From Atribacterota bacterium (GTDB lineage Bacteria > Atribacterota > Phoenicimicrobiia > Phoenicimicrobiales > Phoenicimicrobiaceae): a DNA stretch of 39,355 nt. Below, one piece after another: positions 1 to 9,182 of the stretch. Position numbers and translations under genes: made by a program. Every line of letters starts with the position of its first letter. The stretch's first letter is position 1. Under the pieces are notes generated by a model. It had not been told where the DNA came from. It saw only the letters and a list, made by a program, of their open reading frames with translations, and searched no databases. The stretch is taken from the NCBI GenBank assembly GCA_038203565.1, contig JBBRDV010000007.1, positions 1 through 39,355 of the forward strand. Reading direction: 5' to 3'.

Positions 1-1
1 T

Positions 2-331
2 CATAATCCACGAAATTTAGAAAATTTTACAAAACAAGATTCCATAACTTTAAATATTCAGAGGGCATGTGAAGCGGCAATTGATTTAGGGATACATGTT
101 ATTGCAGAAAGGAATTTGGGAATTCCGCAGGCAAGTAGAGAAACATTTGATATTTTACAAAGTAATAAGATTATTGATTCAGAAATGTCCGAACGGCTTA
201 AGGCGATGACTGGCTTTAGAAATATTGCTTTACATGATTATCAGAAATTAAATTTGAAAATAGTACAGGCGATAATAGAGAATCATCTGGAAGATTTGAT
301 GCGTTTTTCAGAAATCATTTTAAAACTGTAA
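2..331 (+). CDS. HepT-like (DUF86/HEPN) ribonuclease toxin, 5'-truncated by window edge
   Basis: Frame is open from base 2 (HNPRNLENFTKQDSITLNIQRACEAAIDLGIH...) and contains the HEPN RX4HXY motif RNIALHDY. Confidence 0.85.
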   Translation, partial: HNPRNLENFTKQDSITLNIQRACEAAIDLGIHVIAERNLGIPQASRETFDILQSNKIIDSEMSERLKAMTGFRNIALHDYQKLNLKIVQAIIENHLEDLMRFSEIILKL

Positions 332-399
332 AAAAGGGTATAAATATATGTAGAGTTTAAGGATTATTGGTTTTTTAAGGCAAAAAATAGCGCGGTGTC

Positions 400-435
400 A
401 AAACGCAGAAAACGTTGGAGTTTCTGCGTTTTTTT
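400..435 (+). terminator. Rho-independent terminator after HepT gene
   Basis: Stem AAAACGCAGAAA / TTTCTGCGTTTT with 9-nt loop, running into a T tract. Confidence 0.7.
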
Positions 436-440
436 GTTAT

Positions 441-481
441 AAAAGTTAACCAAAGGTGCCAGGCACCTTTGGTTAACTTTT
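441..481. repeat. 41-bp palindromic REP-like element, copy 1 (centre A)
   Basis: AAAAGTTAACCAAAGGTGCC-A-GGCACCTTTGGTTAACTTTT, perfect 20-bp arms. Confidence 0.97.
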
Positions 482-510
482 TGGCAAGTTTGATTTGAAA
501 GAGGGGAGTT

Positions 511-521
511 TGTGGTATAAT
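511..521 (+). promoter_or_regulatory. Extended -10 sigma70-type promoter for psuK-psuG
   Basis: TGTGG-TATAAT at 511-521; TTGAAA at 495-500 gives only a 15-nt spacer. Confidence 0.55.
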
Positions 522-559
522 GAAAAAAATATTATCGGTTTTAGAGCAGGTTTTTTAAA

Positions 560-1643
560 ATGGTAATAACCAGAACAAGAGAGGAAGTTTTAAGTTCTCC
601 GAGATTGAGTGATAGCCGAGGGAGATTTGACGGAGTAGTGGTGATAGGTGGAGCAAATATTGATTTGAGAGGTAGACCTGCTGGGGAGGTGCTGGAAAGA
701 CATACCTCCAACCCGGGTAAGATAAATGTTGGTTCAGGAGGAGTAGGAAGGAATATTGCCCATAATCTGGCATTGCTTAATGTGCCGGTTACTTTATTGA
801 GTGCGGTAGGAGATGATGGAGAAGGAATAAGAATTTTGGAGGAGCGGGAAGGCCGGAGTTAATATGGAGCAGATGATCATATCTGGAGAGCATCCAACCG
901 GAATTTATCTGGCTATATTAGACGAGAAAGGCGAGATGGAGGTAGCGGTCTCGGATATGCAGATACTAGAGGAGATTACGGTGGAGTATCTGAGGTCAAA
1001 GGCTTATTTGATTAGAGAGAGCAAGATAGTGGTGATGGATACTAATATCCCTGAGCAGAGTATCGAATATGTGGTGGACTTGTGCAATAAGGTTAAGGTG
1101 CCTATTTTAGTGGAGCCGGTTTCGGTAGAGAAGGCAAGGAAGTTAAGAAAGGTACTGGATGGAAGCGGAAAATGGAATATTGATTATATAACTCCGAGTG
1201 AGGATGAGTTGGAATCAATCTTAGAGGTGGAGATGAGTGACCATCAGGATATGGGCTTAGTGAGGGCAGCAGAGGAATTGAAACGCAGAGGAGTTAAGAA
1301 GGTAATTGTCACTTTAGGAAAAAGAGGAATATATGTCTATTATGGAGGTGGTGGTGGTTCAAATGAGAGAGGACAGGATGAACCGAGTAAGTTTATGGCG
1401 CCCTATAAAGGAAAGGTAGTGGATGTAACTGGGGCTGGAGATGCGCTGGTGGCTGGTTTAGTTTACGGGATTTATAAAGGGTATCTTTTGAAGGTGGCCG
1501 CGAAATTTGGCTTGAGGGCTGCGGCTCTAACTATTTCAACAAAAGAAACCGTAAGAAGAGATTTAAGAGAAGGGTTATTGAGAAGCAGGATAGAAGAGGA
1601 GAAAGAAGAAGGAGAAGCAGGAAAGAGAGGAAGGTTATTATAA
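560..1643 (+). pseudogene. psuK: PfkB-family pseudouridine kinase, frameshifted near 845
   Basis: ORF 560-862 carries N-terminal PfkB motifs (IGGANID, GGVGRNIA, SAVGDD). ORF 864-1643 carries DVTGAGDA. The frames join as RILEE/GKAGVNMEQ. Adjacent to psuG. Confidence 0.8.
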
Positions 1644-1650
1644 ATTAATT

Positions 1651-2589
1651 ATGAGTATAAGTGCGAGTACAAGTGTGAATGGAGAAAGATTTTTTGATTT
1701 TAAAGATGAAGTAAGAGAGGCTTTAGAAGAAGGTAAGCCGGTGGTGGCTTTAGAATCAACTTTAATATCTCATGGATTTCCTTATCCGGAAAATTTAGAG
1801 GTGGCAGAGGAAATGGAAGAGATTATACGAGGATATGGAGTTATACCTGCTACCATTGCTATAATTGAGGGGAAGATAAAGATAGGATTGACAAGAGGCG
1901 AATTGGAATTTATGGCAACTTCTAAAGATATTTTAAAAGCCAGTAGGCGAGATTTAACAGTGATAGTAGCAAAAGGTTTAAATGGGGCTACTACGGTAGC
2001 GGCAACTATGATAATAGCAGAGAGGGTTGGAATAAAAGTCTTTGCCACCGGCGGCATAGGGGGAGTACATCGGGGAGCAGAAAAAACTTTTGATATATCG
2101 GCGGATTTGCAGGAATTAGCACGAACACCGGTAGTTGTAGTGTGCAGCGGGGCAAAGGCGATACTTAATTTGCCTTTAACTAAGGAATATCTGGAGACTA
2201 TGGGTGTACCGGTGATCGGATTTGGGAGTGAAGAGCTGCCTGCTTTTTATTGTCGGGAAAGCGGATTAAAGGTTGATTATGTGGTAAATGATGAGGTGGA
2301 GGCGGCGAAGATAATAAGAGCTATGGAGGATTTAAAATTAGGAGGGGGAATGATAATTGCTAATCCTGTTCCTGAGGAATACGCCATTTCAATGGAGTAT
2401 ATGAATGAAAAGATAGAAGAGGCTGTTAGGGCGGCAGAGAAGGAATGGGTCAAAAGAAAGAAGCTAACTCCTTATTTATTGAACAAGATAAAAGAATTAA
2501 CCGGTGGTAAAAGCCTGAAAGCTAATATTGCGCTGGTAAAAAATAATGCTCGGGTAGCCGCAAAAATCGCTTGTGAACTGATAAAATGA
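1651..2589 (+). CDS. psuG: Pseudouridine-5'-phosphate glycosidase
   Basis: Motifs PVVALEST, GATTVAAT, FATGGIGGVHRG, DISADL, SLKANIALV. Confidence 0.93.
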   Translation: MSISASTSVNGERFFDFKDEVREALEEGKPVVALESTLISHGFPYPENLEVAEEMEEIIRGYGVIPATIAIIEGKIKIGLTRGELEFMATSKDILKASRRDLTVIVAKGLNGATTVAATMIIAERVGIKVFATGGIGGVHRGAEKTFDISADLQELARTPVVVVCSGAKAILNLPLTKEYLETMGVPVIGFGSEELPAFYCRESGLKVDYVVNDEVEAAKIIRAMEDLKLGGGMIIANPVPEEYAISMEYMNEKIEEAVRAAEKEWVKRKKLTPYLLNKIKELTGGKSLKANIALVKNNARVAAKIACELIK

Positions 2590-2590
2590 A

Positions 2591-2631
2591 AAAAGTTAAC
2601 CAAAGGTGCCTGGCACCTTTGGTTAACTTTT
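2591..2631. repeat. 41-bp palindromic REP-like element, copy 2 (centre T)
   Basis: Consensus copy immediately after the psuG TGA stop. Confidence 0.97.
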
Positions 2632-2732
2632 TTAAAAGAAAAGTGCCAGGATCTGAAATTTAAGTAGAAATGTATATTTAGTATAAAGCATATATTAATA
2701 TATAATAAAATAGAGGAATTTGGAGGATTTAT

Positions 2733-3866
2733 ATGGAAATAGTTATTGTCGGTGCAGGTCCAGCAGGATGCTATACGGCCCAATTGTTGAAGAAATATGG
2801 TTTTAAAACCAGGATAATTGAAGAGCATCGAGAAGTGGGAAAGCCAGTTAGGTGTGCCGGGCTTGTAGGAAGACAAGTTTTTGAAAATACCCTGCTTCCT
2901 CTATCTGAAAGCTCTATTATTAATCAAATTAATGGAGCCTTAGTTTGCTATAGAGATGATAATTTTCAAATCAAGAGAGAAGGTGTAGCTTATGTAATTG
3001 ATCGTGAGAAGTTTGATAAAAATTTAAGCCAAGGCTTGGAGGTAGAATACGGAAAGAAGTTAATAGAGATAAATAAGGAAGGGTCTGGTTATATACTTAA
3101 GACTGATCTTGGGGATATTTACGCCGATTTAGTGGTTGGAGCTGACGGAGCAAATTCCCGGGTGAGAAAATATATAAATTTCGTGGATAATGATTATGCA
3201 AATGATAAAAAAAGAGGTTATATAAAATGCTATTTAGGAGTTCAATATAGAATAAAAGTAGAAGAGAATTTGCTTTGTAGTAAAATCACTCAGGTGCATT
3301 TCCGAGAAGGTATTCCTTTTTTTATTTGGGTTATCCCTGAGGGTAATAATGTTTTCCGTGTGGGAGTTGTTTCGGAAAATGCTCGTGAAGATTTAATAGG
3401 ATTTTTACGAGATTTCAAAATTAAAGGAAAAATTATCGGAAAATTAGCCGGAATGATTCCTGTAGGGTTAAGTAGAAACTATTATAAGAATATTGCCTTG
3501 GTGGGAGATGCGGCTGTTCAAGTAAAGCCTTTAACCGGCGGCGGGATATATTATGGATTAAAATCGGCAGAGCTTTTAGCAGAATGCATTAGAGATAATA
3601 GGCTGGATGAATACGATAGACGGTTGAAGAAGAAATATGGGAGAGAAATTAAATTTGGGTTAAAAGCTCGAAAATTATATGAAGAGATAAACGAAAAAGA
3701 ATTAAAGAACATATTTATGCTGTTTAAGAAAAATGCTGGAATTATTGAGAGAGCCGCTAATTTTGAAAACCATTCTGCGATTTTTATAGAAATTTTAAAA
3801 AGTCCTAAAATATTTAGAGATGCCAGACAGATTTTAAGCCGAAATATTAGGAAATTATTGTTTTAA
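2733..3866 (+). CDS. Geranylgeranyl reductase-family FAD-dependent oxidoreductase
   Basis: GAGPAG Rossmann motif, VGKPVRCAG, IDREKFD, GADGANS, WVIP, VGDAA-QVKPLTGGGIYYG; RBS GGAGG. Confidence 0.88.
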   Translation: MEIVIVGAGPAGCYTAQLLKKYGFKTRIIEEHREVGKPVRCAGLVGRQVFENTLLPLSESSIINQINGALVCYRDDNFQIKREGVAYVIDREKFDKNLSQGLEVEYGKKLIEINKEGSGYILKTDLGDIYADLVVGADGANSRVRKYINFVDNDYANDKKRGYIKCYLGVQYRIKVEENLLCSKITQVHFREGIPFFIWVIPEGNNVFRVGVVSENAREDLIGFLRDFKIKGKIIGKLAGMIPVGLSRNYYKNIALVGDAAVQVKPLTGGGIYYGLKSAELLAECIRDNRLDEYDRRLKKKYGREIKFGLKARKLYEEINEKELKNIFMLFKKNAGIIERAANFENHSAIFIEILKSPKIFRDARQILSRNIRKLLF

Positions 3867-3882
3867 AATAGGAGGAACTAAA

Positions 3883-4950
3883 TTGAAATCAATTATTCTT
3901 TGTGCCGGGAAAGGCACTCGCCTTAGGCCGCTAACTCATACGAGCGCCAAACATTTAATTCCCATTGCTAATAAACCGGTATTATTTTATGCAATAGATG
4001 CAATTAAGGATTGTGGAATAAAAGATATTGGCATAATCATTGGAGAGACCGGAGAGGACATAAAGAGTGAGCTTCAAGAAGGTAGTAAGTGGGGAGTGAA
4101 CATTTCTTACATCGAACAGAAGGAAGCCCTGGGTTTAGCGCATGCTGTATCAGTGGCGCGGGATTTTTTGGGAGAAGATAAATTTTTAATGTATTTAGGG
4201 GATAACCTGCTGAAGAACGGGGTAGAAAATTATGCCAATAAATTTATTGAAGGAAATTATAATGCCTTTATGTTGTTGACTGAAGTGGATAATCCCAGAC
4301 AATTTGGCGTTGCTGAGCTGGAAGGAGGGAGAGTTGTACGGGTAGTGGAAAAACCTAAAGAGCCGGTCAGTAATTTAGCTTTAATAGGAGTCTATTTTTT
4401 TGATAAAAATGTTTATCAGGCTATCAAAAATATAAAACCTTCAGGTCGGGGAGAATTAGAGATTACCGATGCGATTCAATGGATGATTGATAAGGGTTAT
4501 AAAGTGGGAGCTGAAGTAATTAAGGGTTGGTGGAAAGATACAGGTAAGCCGGATGATATTTTAGAAGCCAATCGCTTGATTTTAGAGGATATTGAGAGGG
4601 ATGTTAGTGGGGCGAAAGTGGATGAGAAGTCTGAGATTTTAGGAAGGGTAAAAATCGGAAAAGGGTCAGAGATTATAAATTCTAATATAGTAGGTCCGGT
4701 AATAATAGGAGAAGGGGTCAGAGTGGTCGATTCTTATGTGGGTCCCTTTACTTCCCTTTCAGATAGAGTGGAAATAAGAAAGAGTGAAATTGAATGCAGT
4801 GTAGTTTTAGAAGAGAGTAAACTGGAATTTATAAAGGGACGAATGCAAAGGTGCCTTATCGGAAGAGGCGTGGAAATTTATCATTCTAAAGACCTCCCCC
4901 GAATATACGAATTTATCTTAGGCGACCACAGCAAAATCGGCTTATTATAG
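3883..4950 (+). CDS. rfbA: Glucose-1-phosphate thymidylyltransferase, long form (TTG start)
   Basis: ILCAGKGTRLRPLT, KHLIPIANKP, GLAHAV, YLGDN, RGELEITD, WKDTG, plus C-terminal left-handed beta-helix repeats. Confidence 0.88.
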   Translation: MKSIILCAGKGTRLRPLTHTSAKHLIPIANKPVLFYAIDAIKDCGIKDIGIIIGETGEDIKSELQEGSKWGVNISYIEQKEALGLAHAVSVARDFLGEDKFLMYLGDNLLKNGVENYANKFIEGNYNAFMLLTEVDNPRQFGVAELEGGRVVRVVEKPKEPVSNLALIGVYFFDKNVYQAIKNIKPSGRGELEITDAIQWMIDKGYKVGAEVIKGWWKDTGKPDDILEANRLILEDIERDVSGAKVDEKSEILGRVKIGKGSEIINSNIVGPVIIGEGVRVVDSYVGPFTSLSDRVEIRKSEIECSVVLEESKLEFIKGRMQRCLIGRGVEIYHSKDLPRIYEFILGDHSKIGLL

Positions 4951-4964
4951 AGATAATAGAGATA

Positions 4965-5005
4965 AAAAGTTAACCAAAGGTGCCTGGCACCTTTGGTTAA
5001 CTTTT
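4965..5005. repeat. 41-bp palindromic REP-like element, copy 3 (centre T)
   Basis: Consensus copy between convergent genes; overlaps the minus-strand TAA stop at 5005-5007. Confidence 0.97.
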
Positions 5006-8000
5006 TAGAAGGAAGTGCCTAAAGTGATGTAGATATCATATCCTTTGGGATCGGTCAGGGCTTTGGCTGCCCCTAATCTTAGGGTAAAGGGAGCGTCGTA
5101 TTGGTAATTAAAATCTGCTTTTAGTTCTACTCCAATACTTGATTTGAAATTCTGCCAGATAGAATTAATTTCATCTTCTTCATTGGTTATATTTAGGCTG
5201 GCGCTTTCCCAGGCATTTCCAATATCGATAAAGAAGGCACCGGAAAGTCTTTCTAAAAAGATGGAGAGGGGTCCAAGTTTAGAGCCGTGCTCGATGTTGG
5301 CCAGGGGGAAGCGATATTCCAAGCTGGCTAAGATAAGATTGTTCCCTTCGAGGGCGGCAGGTTTATAACCCCGTAGAGAGAAGGTATTTACCTCAGTATC
5401 ACTAAGATTATCCGCGGAATAATTACCTCCCAATTTAAATTTCTCTCCATCTAAATCTGATTCTAATATGCTTGAAGAGCTGGTGCCGGCTACCAAGCGA
5501 AGTGCTAGAACCTGATGTGAGGAGGGGATCGGCAGTGGAATAAATTTTCTACCATCAAAGATTAATTTATCAAAAGTATAATCACCACCTAAGGTTTTAT
5601 CGGCATGTTCATAGGTCAAAGAGAAGGAGGTACCTATTTCGGGGCTGATAGAGAATCCATATTTTTCCGCATCAGAATAGGAGTAGCCTAATTTTAGACT
5701 GGTGATTTTTTGCGGGTTGGCATTTAAGAGAGATGACGCATTGAATGTGGCAGAAGAGAACTTTTCATATTGATACCCGAGAGAAAAGATCTGCCTGTAA
5801 GGACGAGAATTTGTGGTGGAAGCAGTCTGTCCTTTAAATGGGAAATAAATATTTATGCCGGTTTCCCCTTCTTCCCACCAGGAGATCGGGGAGTTTAAAA
5901 CAGCATTTCCAGACAGATAAAGATTAATAATAGGAAGGTAGCTATAATTATAATAATTGAAGTTGTAAGATAGGCTATTATTGAATATCCCATAAGTTAC
6001 GCTTAAGGGCAGGGAATAAAATCCCAGTACATCTTCCAATTTAGTTGAAAAGCCAATTCCCAGATCGCTTTCAGTAAGCCGGGCAGCGGGAATCCAGTAG
6101 GTGGGCGGCCAGAAGGAGGTTAAAGGATGGTAAGGTTGGATCGGGTAATTATTTTTAGAATTAGAATTAGAATTAGAATTAGAAGAGGTATTTAGGTTTT
6201 TATTGAATTGTTGTTCTGCCATAATTGGGGGTTCCATATATTCTATTTTTATTTCTTTCCACTGGTTGTGGTTTGAGTTCGGGTCCATCCCTTTCATGAG
6301 GTGCAGCTCGTATCCGGTGGCGTGATAGGAAATAAAGGCTAGCCGGGTACCATCGGGAGAGATGGCGGGCTGAAATGCCCCACCCAGGACATTGGTAACC
6401 TGATAGAGTTTTTTATCGAGGAACGAAAAGGCAAAAATATTATAAATACCGGTACGGTCTGAGGTGAAGAAGAGATATTGGCCATCGGGAGACCAACAAG
6501 GGCTAAGGTCAGTAGATTTGTCTTGAAAGATGGGCTGAAGAGTAAAATTACCGATATTACTGGGGTTAAGATTATTAGTGCTAAGATTGTCGGGATCAAG
6601 ATTTAAGATATGTATATCCTGATAACCCTGGCGCCAAGCAGAAAAGGCTATCTTGTCCCCTTTGGGAGACCAGGATGGTTGGTATAATTGGGTTCCATCT
6701 CGAAAGTCTGTTAGATAGACCATGTCTTCTTTGGTAATTAGCTTATAGGTGGGCTGGGCTTCATGAATCGATGAGTTTGGGGAATGTAAATTAATTAGAG
6801 CTAAATTATTTGTTCCTGATTGATTAATTACTGCCACGATTTGAGGATTTTCCGGGTCAGGTGACCAGCTGGGATCGCGAGCCCGCAGCCCTTCGGAAAG
6901 GCGGGTCTCTTTTTCTGTTTTTAAGTCGAATAAATAAAGGTCATAAAAATTATAAAATTGTTCATAGTCGTCTAATTTAGCATAAATTATTTTAGAACCG
7001 TCCGCAGAGAGACTAAAAGAAGAATCTCGGCCATAAGTTCTTCTAATTAAAAGTTCGTTTTTAGTAGAACGGGGAGTTGAGGGAAGAGAAGGGCTAAAAG
7101 GGTCGATAATTTGAATAAAGGGATAGGAATGAGGTGTAGAAACTCTGAATGCTATTTTATCTCCTTCGGGGGTGGAAAGCCAGTGGGGATAATCGACCCA
7201 ATAATGGTATTCAGTTAATTGCTGAGAAGGAGTAAGATTTTTTTGAGAGAGAATTTTTTGCGCCTGGAGTTGATATTTTTCTTTTAAATTTTCTTTCCAG
7301 CTTTGATATAGTTTCTCCAGGTTTAGGCCTGTCGCCCTTTTTACGGCATAGTTAAATCCTAAATAGGGATATTCACAGAATATTTCACTCATGGCAATAA
7401 TTTTATCTTCCCCGTATTTTTGAGCTATAAAATGGACAAGGGATTGGCCATAGATATAGGGTGCAGTGCCGTCAGGCCAGGAAGTAAGATAATAACCGTT
7501 TATCTGATCTAAAGTGTTAAACTGGTCTTCCAGAGCCGCCATGCGAAGATACATATCATAACGAGCATCTACCCCCCGGCCTCCGGCGGTAAATTTAGTT
7601 TCATTGTAAACTGCTAGTCCTTCGGTTGACCAGATGGGTTGGAGGGCATTGGGAGTGAGTATCTGACCAAATAGGGCGTGCAGGGCAGTGGTGAGCCCAG
7701 AGGTCATCTCGAAATGAGCCAGGTGGGTGTATTCGTGAGTGATTACCATTTTAAGCCAACTTTTAAATTTCATATCAAAGGATTTAGCTGTGGGGGCAGT
7801 TAGGGAAAGGCGAATCACACGATGAGGAAAAGAAGAGGCAAAACCCAGGGCGTAATCAGAAAAATCTTCCATAATTATGGCTACCTTTTGCAGGTGGTGA
7901 TGCTTGTTGGGCGAGCCAAGCTGAGCATTAACCTGATGGTAGGTTTCCTCAGCAATATCAGCTACTTCTTTAGCTAATTGTTCATTATTGTAACTGAAAT

Positions 8001-8184
8001 TTTCGTCATTTTGTTCATTGTTTTGTAATTTAGAAAAATAGACTGAAAAATGAGGGCTTTCCAAGACTTGCCAATTCAAGACGGGGTCATAGCGAGCAGC
8101 TTCCACACTCATAACTAATGGCGAGTATATTACTAAAACTATCATAATAATCATATAAATAAAAAAAGTTATTTTTTTTTGCAC
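5005..8184 (-). CDS. Omp85/BamA-TamA-family outer membrane protein with N-terminal HExxH peptidase-like domain and PD40/TolB-like beta-propeller
   Basis: Signal peptide from GTG at 8184; HEYTH...EGLA; repeated PSWSPD-type motifs; barrel motifs LRGY, EYRFPL, FIDIGNAW; C-terminal F. The ORF-track start at 8229 lies inside a repeat. Confidence 0.8.
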   Translation of the reverse strand: MQKKITFFIYMIIMIVLVIYSPLVMSVEAARYDPVLNWQVLESPHFSVYFSKLQNNEQNDENFSYNNEQLAKEVADIAEETYHQVNAQLGSPNKHHHLQKVAIIMEDFSDYALGFASSFPHRVIRLSLTAPTAKSFDMKFKSWLKMVITHEYTHLAHFEMTSGLTTALHALFGQILTPNALQPIWSTEGLAVYNETKFTAGGRGVDARYDMYLRMAALEDQFNTLDQINGYYLTSWPDGTAPYIYGQSLVHFIAQKYGEDKIIAMSEIFCEYPYLGFNYAVKRATGLNLEKLYQSWKENLKEKYQLQAQKILSQKNLTPSQQLTEYHYWVDYPHWLSTPEGDKIAFRVSTPHSYPFIQIIDPFSPSLPSTPRSTKNELLIRRTYGRDSSFSLSADGSKIIYAKLDDYEQFYNFYDLYLFDLKTEKETRLSEGLRARDPSWSPDPENPQIVAVINQSGTNNLALINLHSPNSSIHEAQPTYKLITKEDMVYLTDFRDGTQLYQPSWSPKGDKIAFSAWRQGYQDIHILNLDPDNLSTNNLNPSNIGNFTLQPIFQDKSTDLSPCWSPDGQYLFFTSDRTGIYNIFAFSFLDKKLYQVTNVLGGAFQPAISPDGTRLAFISYHATGYELHLMKGMDPNSNHNQWKEIKIEYMEPPIMAEQQFNKNLNTSSNSNSNSNSKNNYPIQPYHPLTSFWPPTYWIPAARLTESDLGIGFSTKLEDVLGFYSLPLSVTYGIFNNSLSYNFNYYNYSYLPIINLYLSGNAVLNSPISWWEEGETGINIYFPFKGQTASTTNSRPYRQIFSLGYQYEKFSSATFNASSLLNANPQKITSLKLGYSYSDAEKYGFSISPEIGTSFSLTYEHADKTLGGDYTFDKLIFDGRKFIPLPIPSSHQVLALRLVAGTSSSSILESDLDGEKFKLGGNYSADNLSDTEVNTFSLRGYKPAALEGNNLILASLEYRFPLANIEHGSKLGPLSIFLERLSGAFFIDIGNAWESASLNITNEEDEINSIWQNFKSSIGVELKADFNYQYDAPFTLRLGAAKALTDPKGYDIYITLGTSF
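6155..6184. repeat. (TTAGAA)5 microsatellite encoding a Ser-Asn linker
   Basis: Five exact hexamers within the Omp85-like gene, between propeller and barrel. Confidence 0.9.
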
Positions 8185-8203
8185 GTTCTCATACTTCTTC
8201 CCA

Positions 8204-8244
8204 AAAAGTTTCCCAAAGGTGCCTGGCACCTTCGGGAAACTTTT
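8204..8244. repeat. REP-like element, copy 4 (variant with compensatory arm changes)
   Basis: AAAAGTTTCCCAAAGGTGCC-T-GGCACCTTCGGGAAACTTTT; abuts the transposase stop codon. Confidence 0.93.
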
Positions 8245-9120
8245 TTACAAAAATAGGTTCATTTTAATATGATTTAGCCAAAGCTGGTATATACGATCAG
8301 AGATTAAATTTCTATCCACCTTTTTGCATATTTTTAGTACGCTTGGACTGGTCATATGTAGAGAATTTGCTACATCTTTTACTCTGTAACCTTCTTTTAT
8401 TAATAAATATACCAGTAAATCTTTTAATCGTTTATTGGTTTCTGTGTCTCCAATTTGTTCTTTTGTTTTCCTTAATATATTTTCTATATTTCTGGGTGAT
8501 TTATTTTGTATTTGATTTGAGGTTATTTTAGTGACATTTTGGAGGATTTTTTCTGGGTCATCTTTCTGAATATTTTCTTTTACGAAATTTATAAAATTAT
8601 CTGGATTAGTTTGACAAAGTTTGAATAATTCTTGAATGTTCAACCAAGGGGGAACGCTTTTGTTTTGATTTTGGGTTGGGAGAAAATATTGAAAACTACT
8701 CCAGGGGTATTCTTCAGGAGAATCCACTAATCCAGCCTCTACAGGATTTAGGTTAATATAAGAAGCCACACTATATAGATAAAGAAAATTTAGGACAAGA
8801 TGGCTTTTGTATCGGTCCTGGAAGAGGTGACCTTTTCTAATGTGTCTTATGTTGAACCAGTGGGCATAAGAGGAATTTAAAAACTGCATGGCTTGAGAGA
8901 GATTTGCTTCTTCTGTCTTTAAAAGAAGGTGAAAATGAGTATCCATTAGTGCATAGGAAAATAGGTGAACTTTGTGAAAGTTAACCATTTTTTGTAGAAG
9001 TTGTAGAAATTTATTTCTATCTACATTATCAGTAAATATATCAATTCCTTCCACGCCCTTACCAATTATATGATAAATAGAATTTTTGTCTTCTATCTCT
9101 GTTCTATTTTTTCTTGCCAT
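8245..9120 (-). CDS. tnpA: REP-associated tyrosine transposase-like HUH endonuclease (Y1_Tnp) with C-terminal HTH-like domain
   Basis: YHIIGKG..IF.D..D, YALMDTHFHLL (HUH), GHLFQDRY, YINLNPVEAG (catalytic Tyr), YPWSS; C-terminal GYRVKDVANSLHMTSPSV. ATG 9120 preferred over 9171 because a promoter lies between them. Confidence 0.9.
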   Translation of the reverse strand: MARKNRTEIEDKNSIYHIIGKGVEGIDIFTDNVDRNKFLQLLQKMVNFHKVHLFSYALMDTHFHLLLKTEEANLSQAMQFLNSSYAHWFNIRHIRKGHLFQDRYKSHLVLNFLYLYSVASYINLNPVEAGLVDSPEEYPWSSFQYFLPTQNQNKSVPPWLNIQELFKLCQTNPDNFINFVKENIQKDDPEKILQNVTKITSNQIQNKSPRNIENILRKTKEQIGDTETNKRLKDLLVYLLIKEGYRVKDVANSLHMTSPSVLKICKKVDRNLISDRIYQLWLNHIKMNLFL

Positions 9121-9129
9121 AATGTGATT

Positions 9130-9158
9130 ATTATATCTTTTATAAATAAATAGTTCAA
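9130..9158 (-). promoter_or_regulatory. Sigma70-type promoter of the transposase
   Basis: Minus strand TTGAAC-17 nt-TATAAT, 9 nt upstream of ATG 9120. Confidence 0.75.
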
Positions 9159-9182
9159 GGGATCTTGGCATAAAAGCTGCTT

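Noticed and set aside
459..463. CCWGG (Dcm-type), GGYRCC and GTTAAC sites within the repeat as evidence of a methylation function
   Set aside because: Palindromes inevitably contain such sites, and there is no methyltransferase in the window to support the link
2641..2650. AAGTGCCAGG half-core just after copy 2
   Set aside because: Only a 10-nt match with no second arm; could be a remnant but cannot be supported
2472..2876. Minus-strand 134-aa ORF
   Set aside because: Overlaps psuG and the reductase antisense and reads through the palindrome (KKVNQRCQAPLVNF); shadow ORF
8185..8229. ORF-track start of the Omp85-like gene at 8229
   Set aside because: That GTG lies inside repeat copy 4; the GTG at 8184 gives a normal signal peptide
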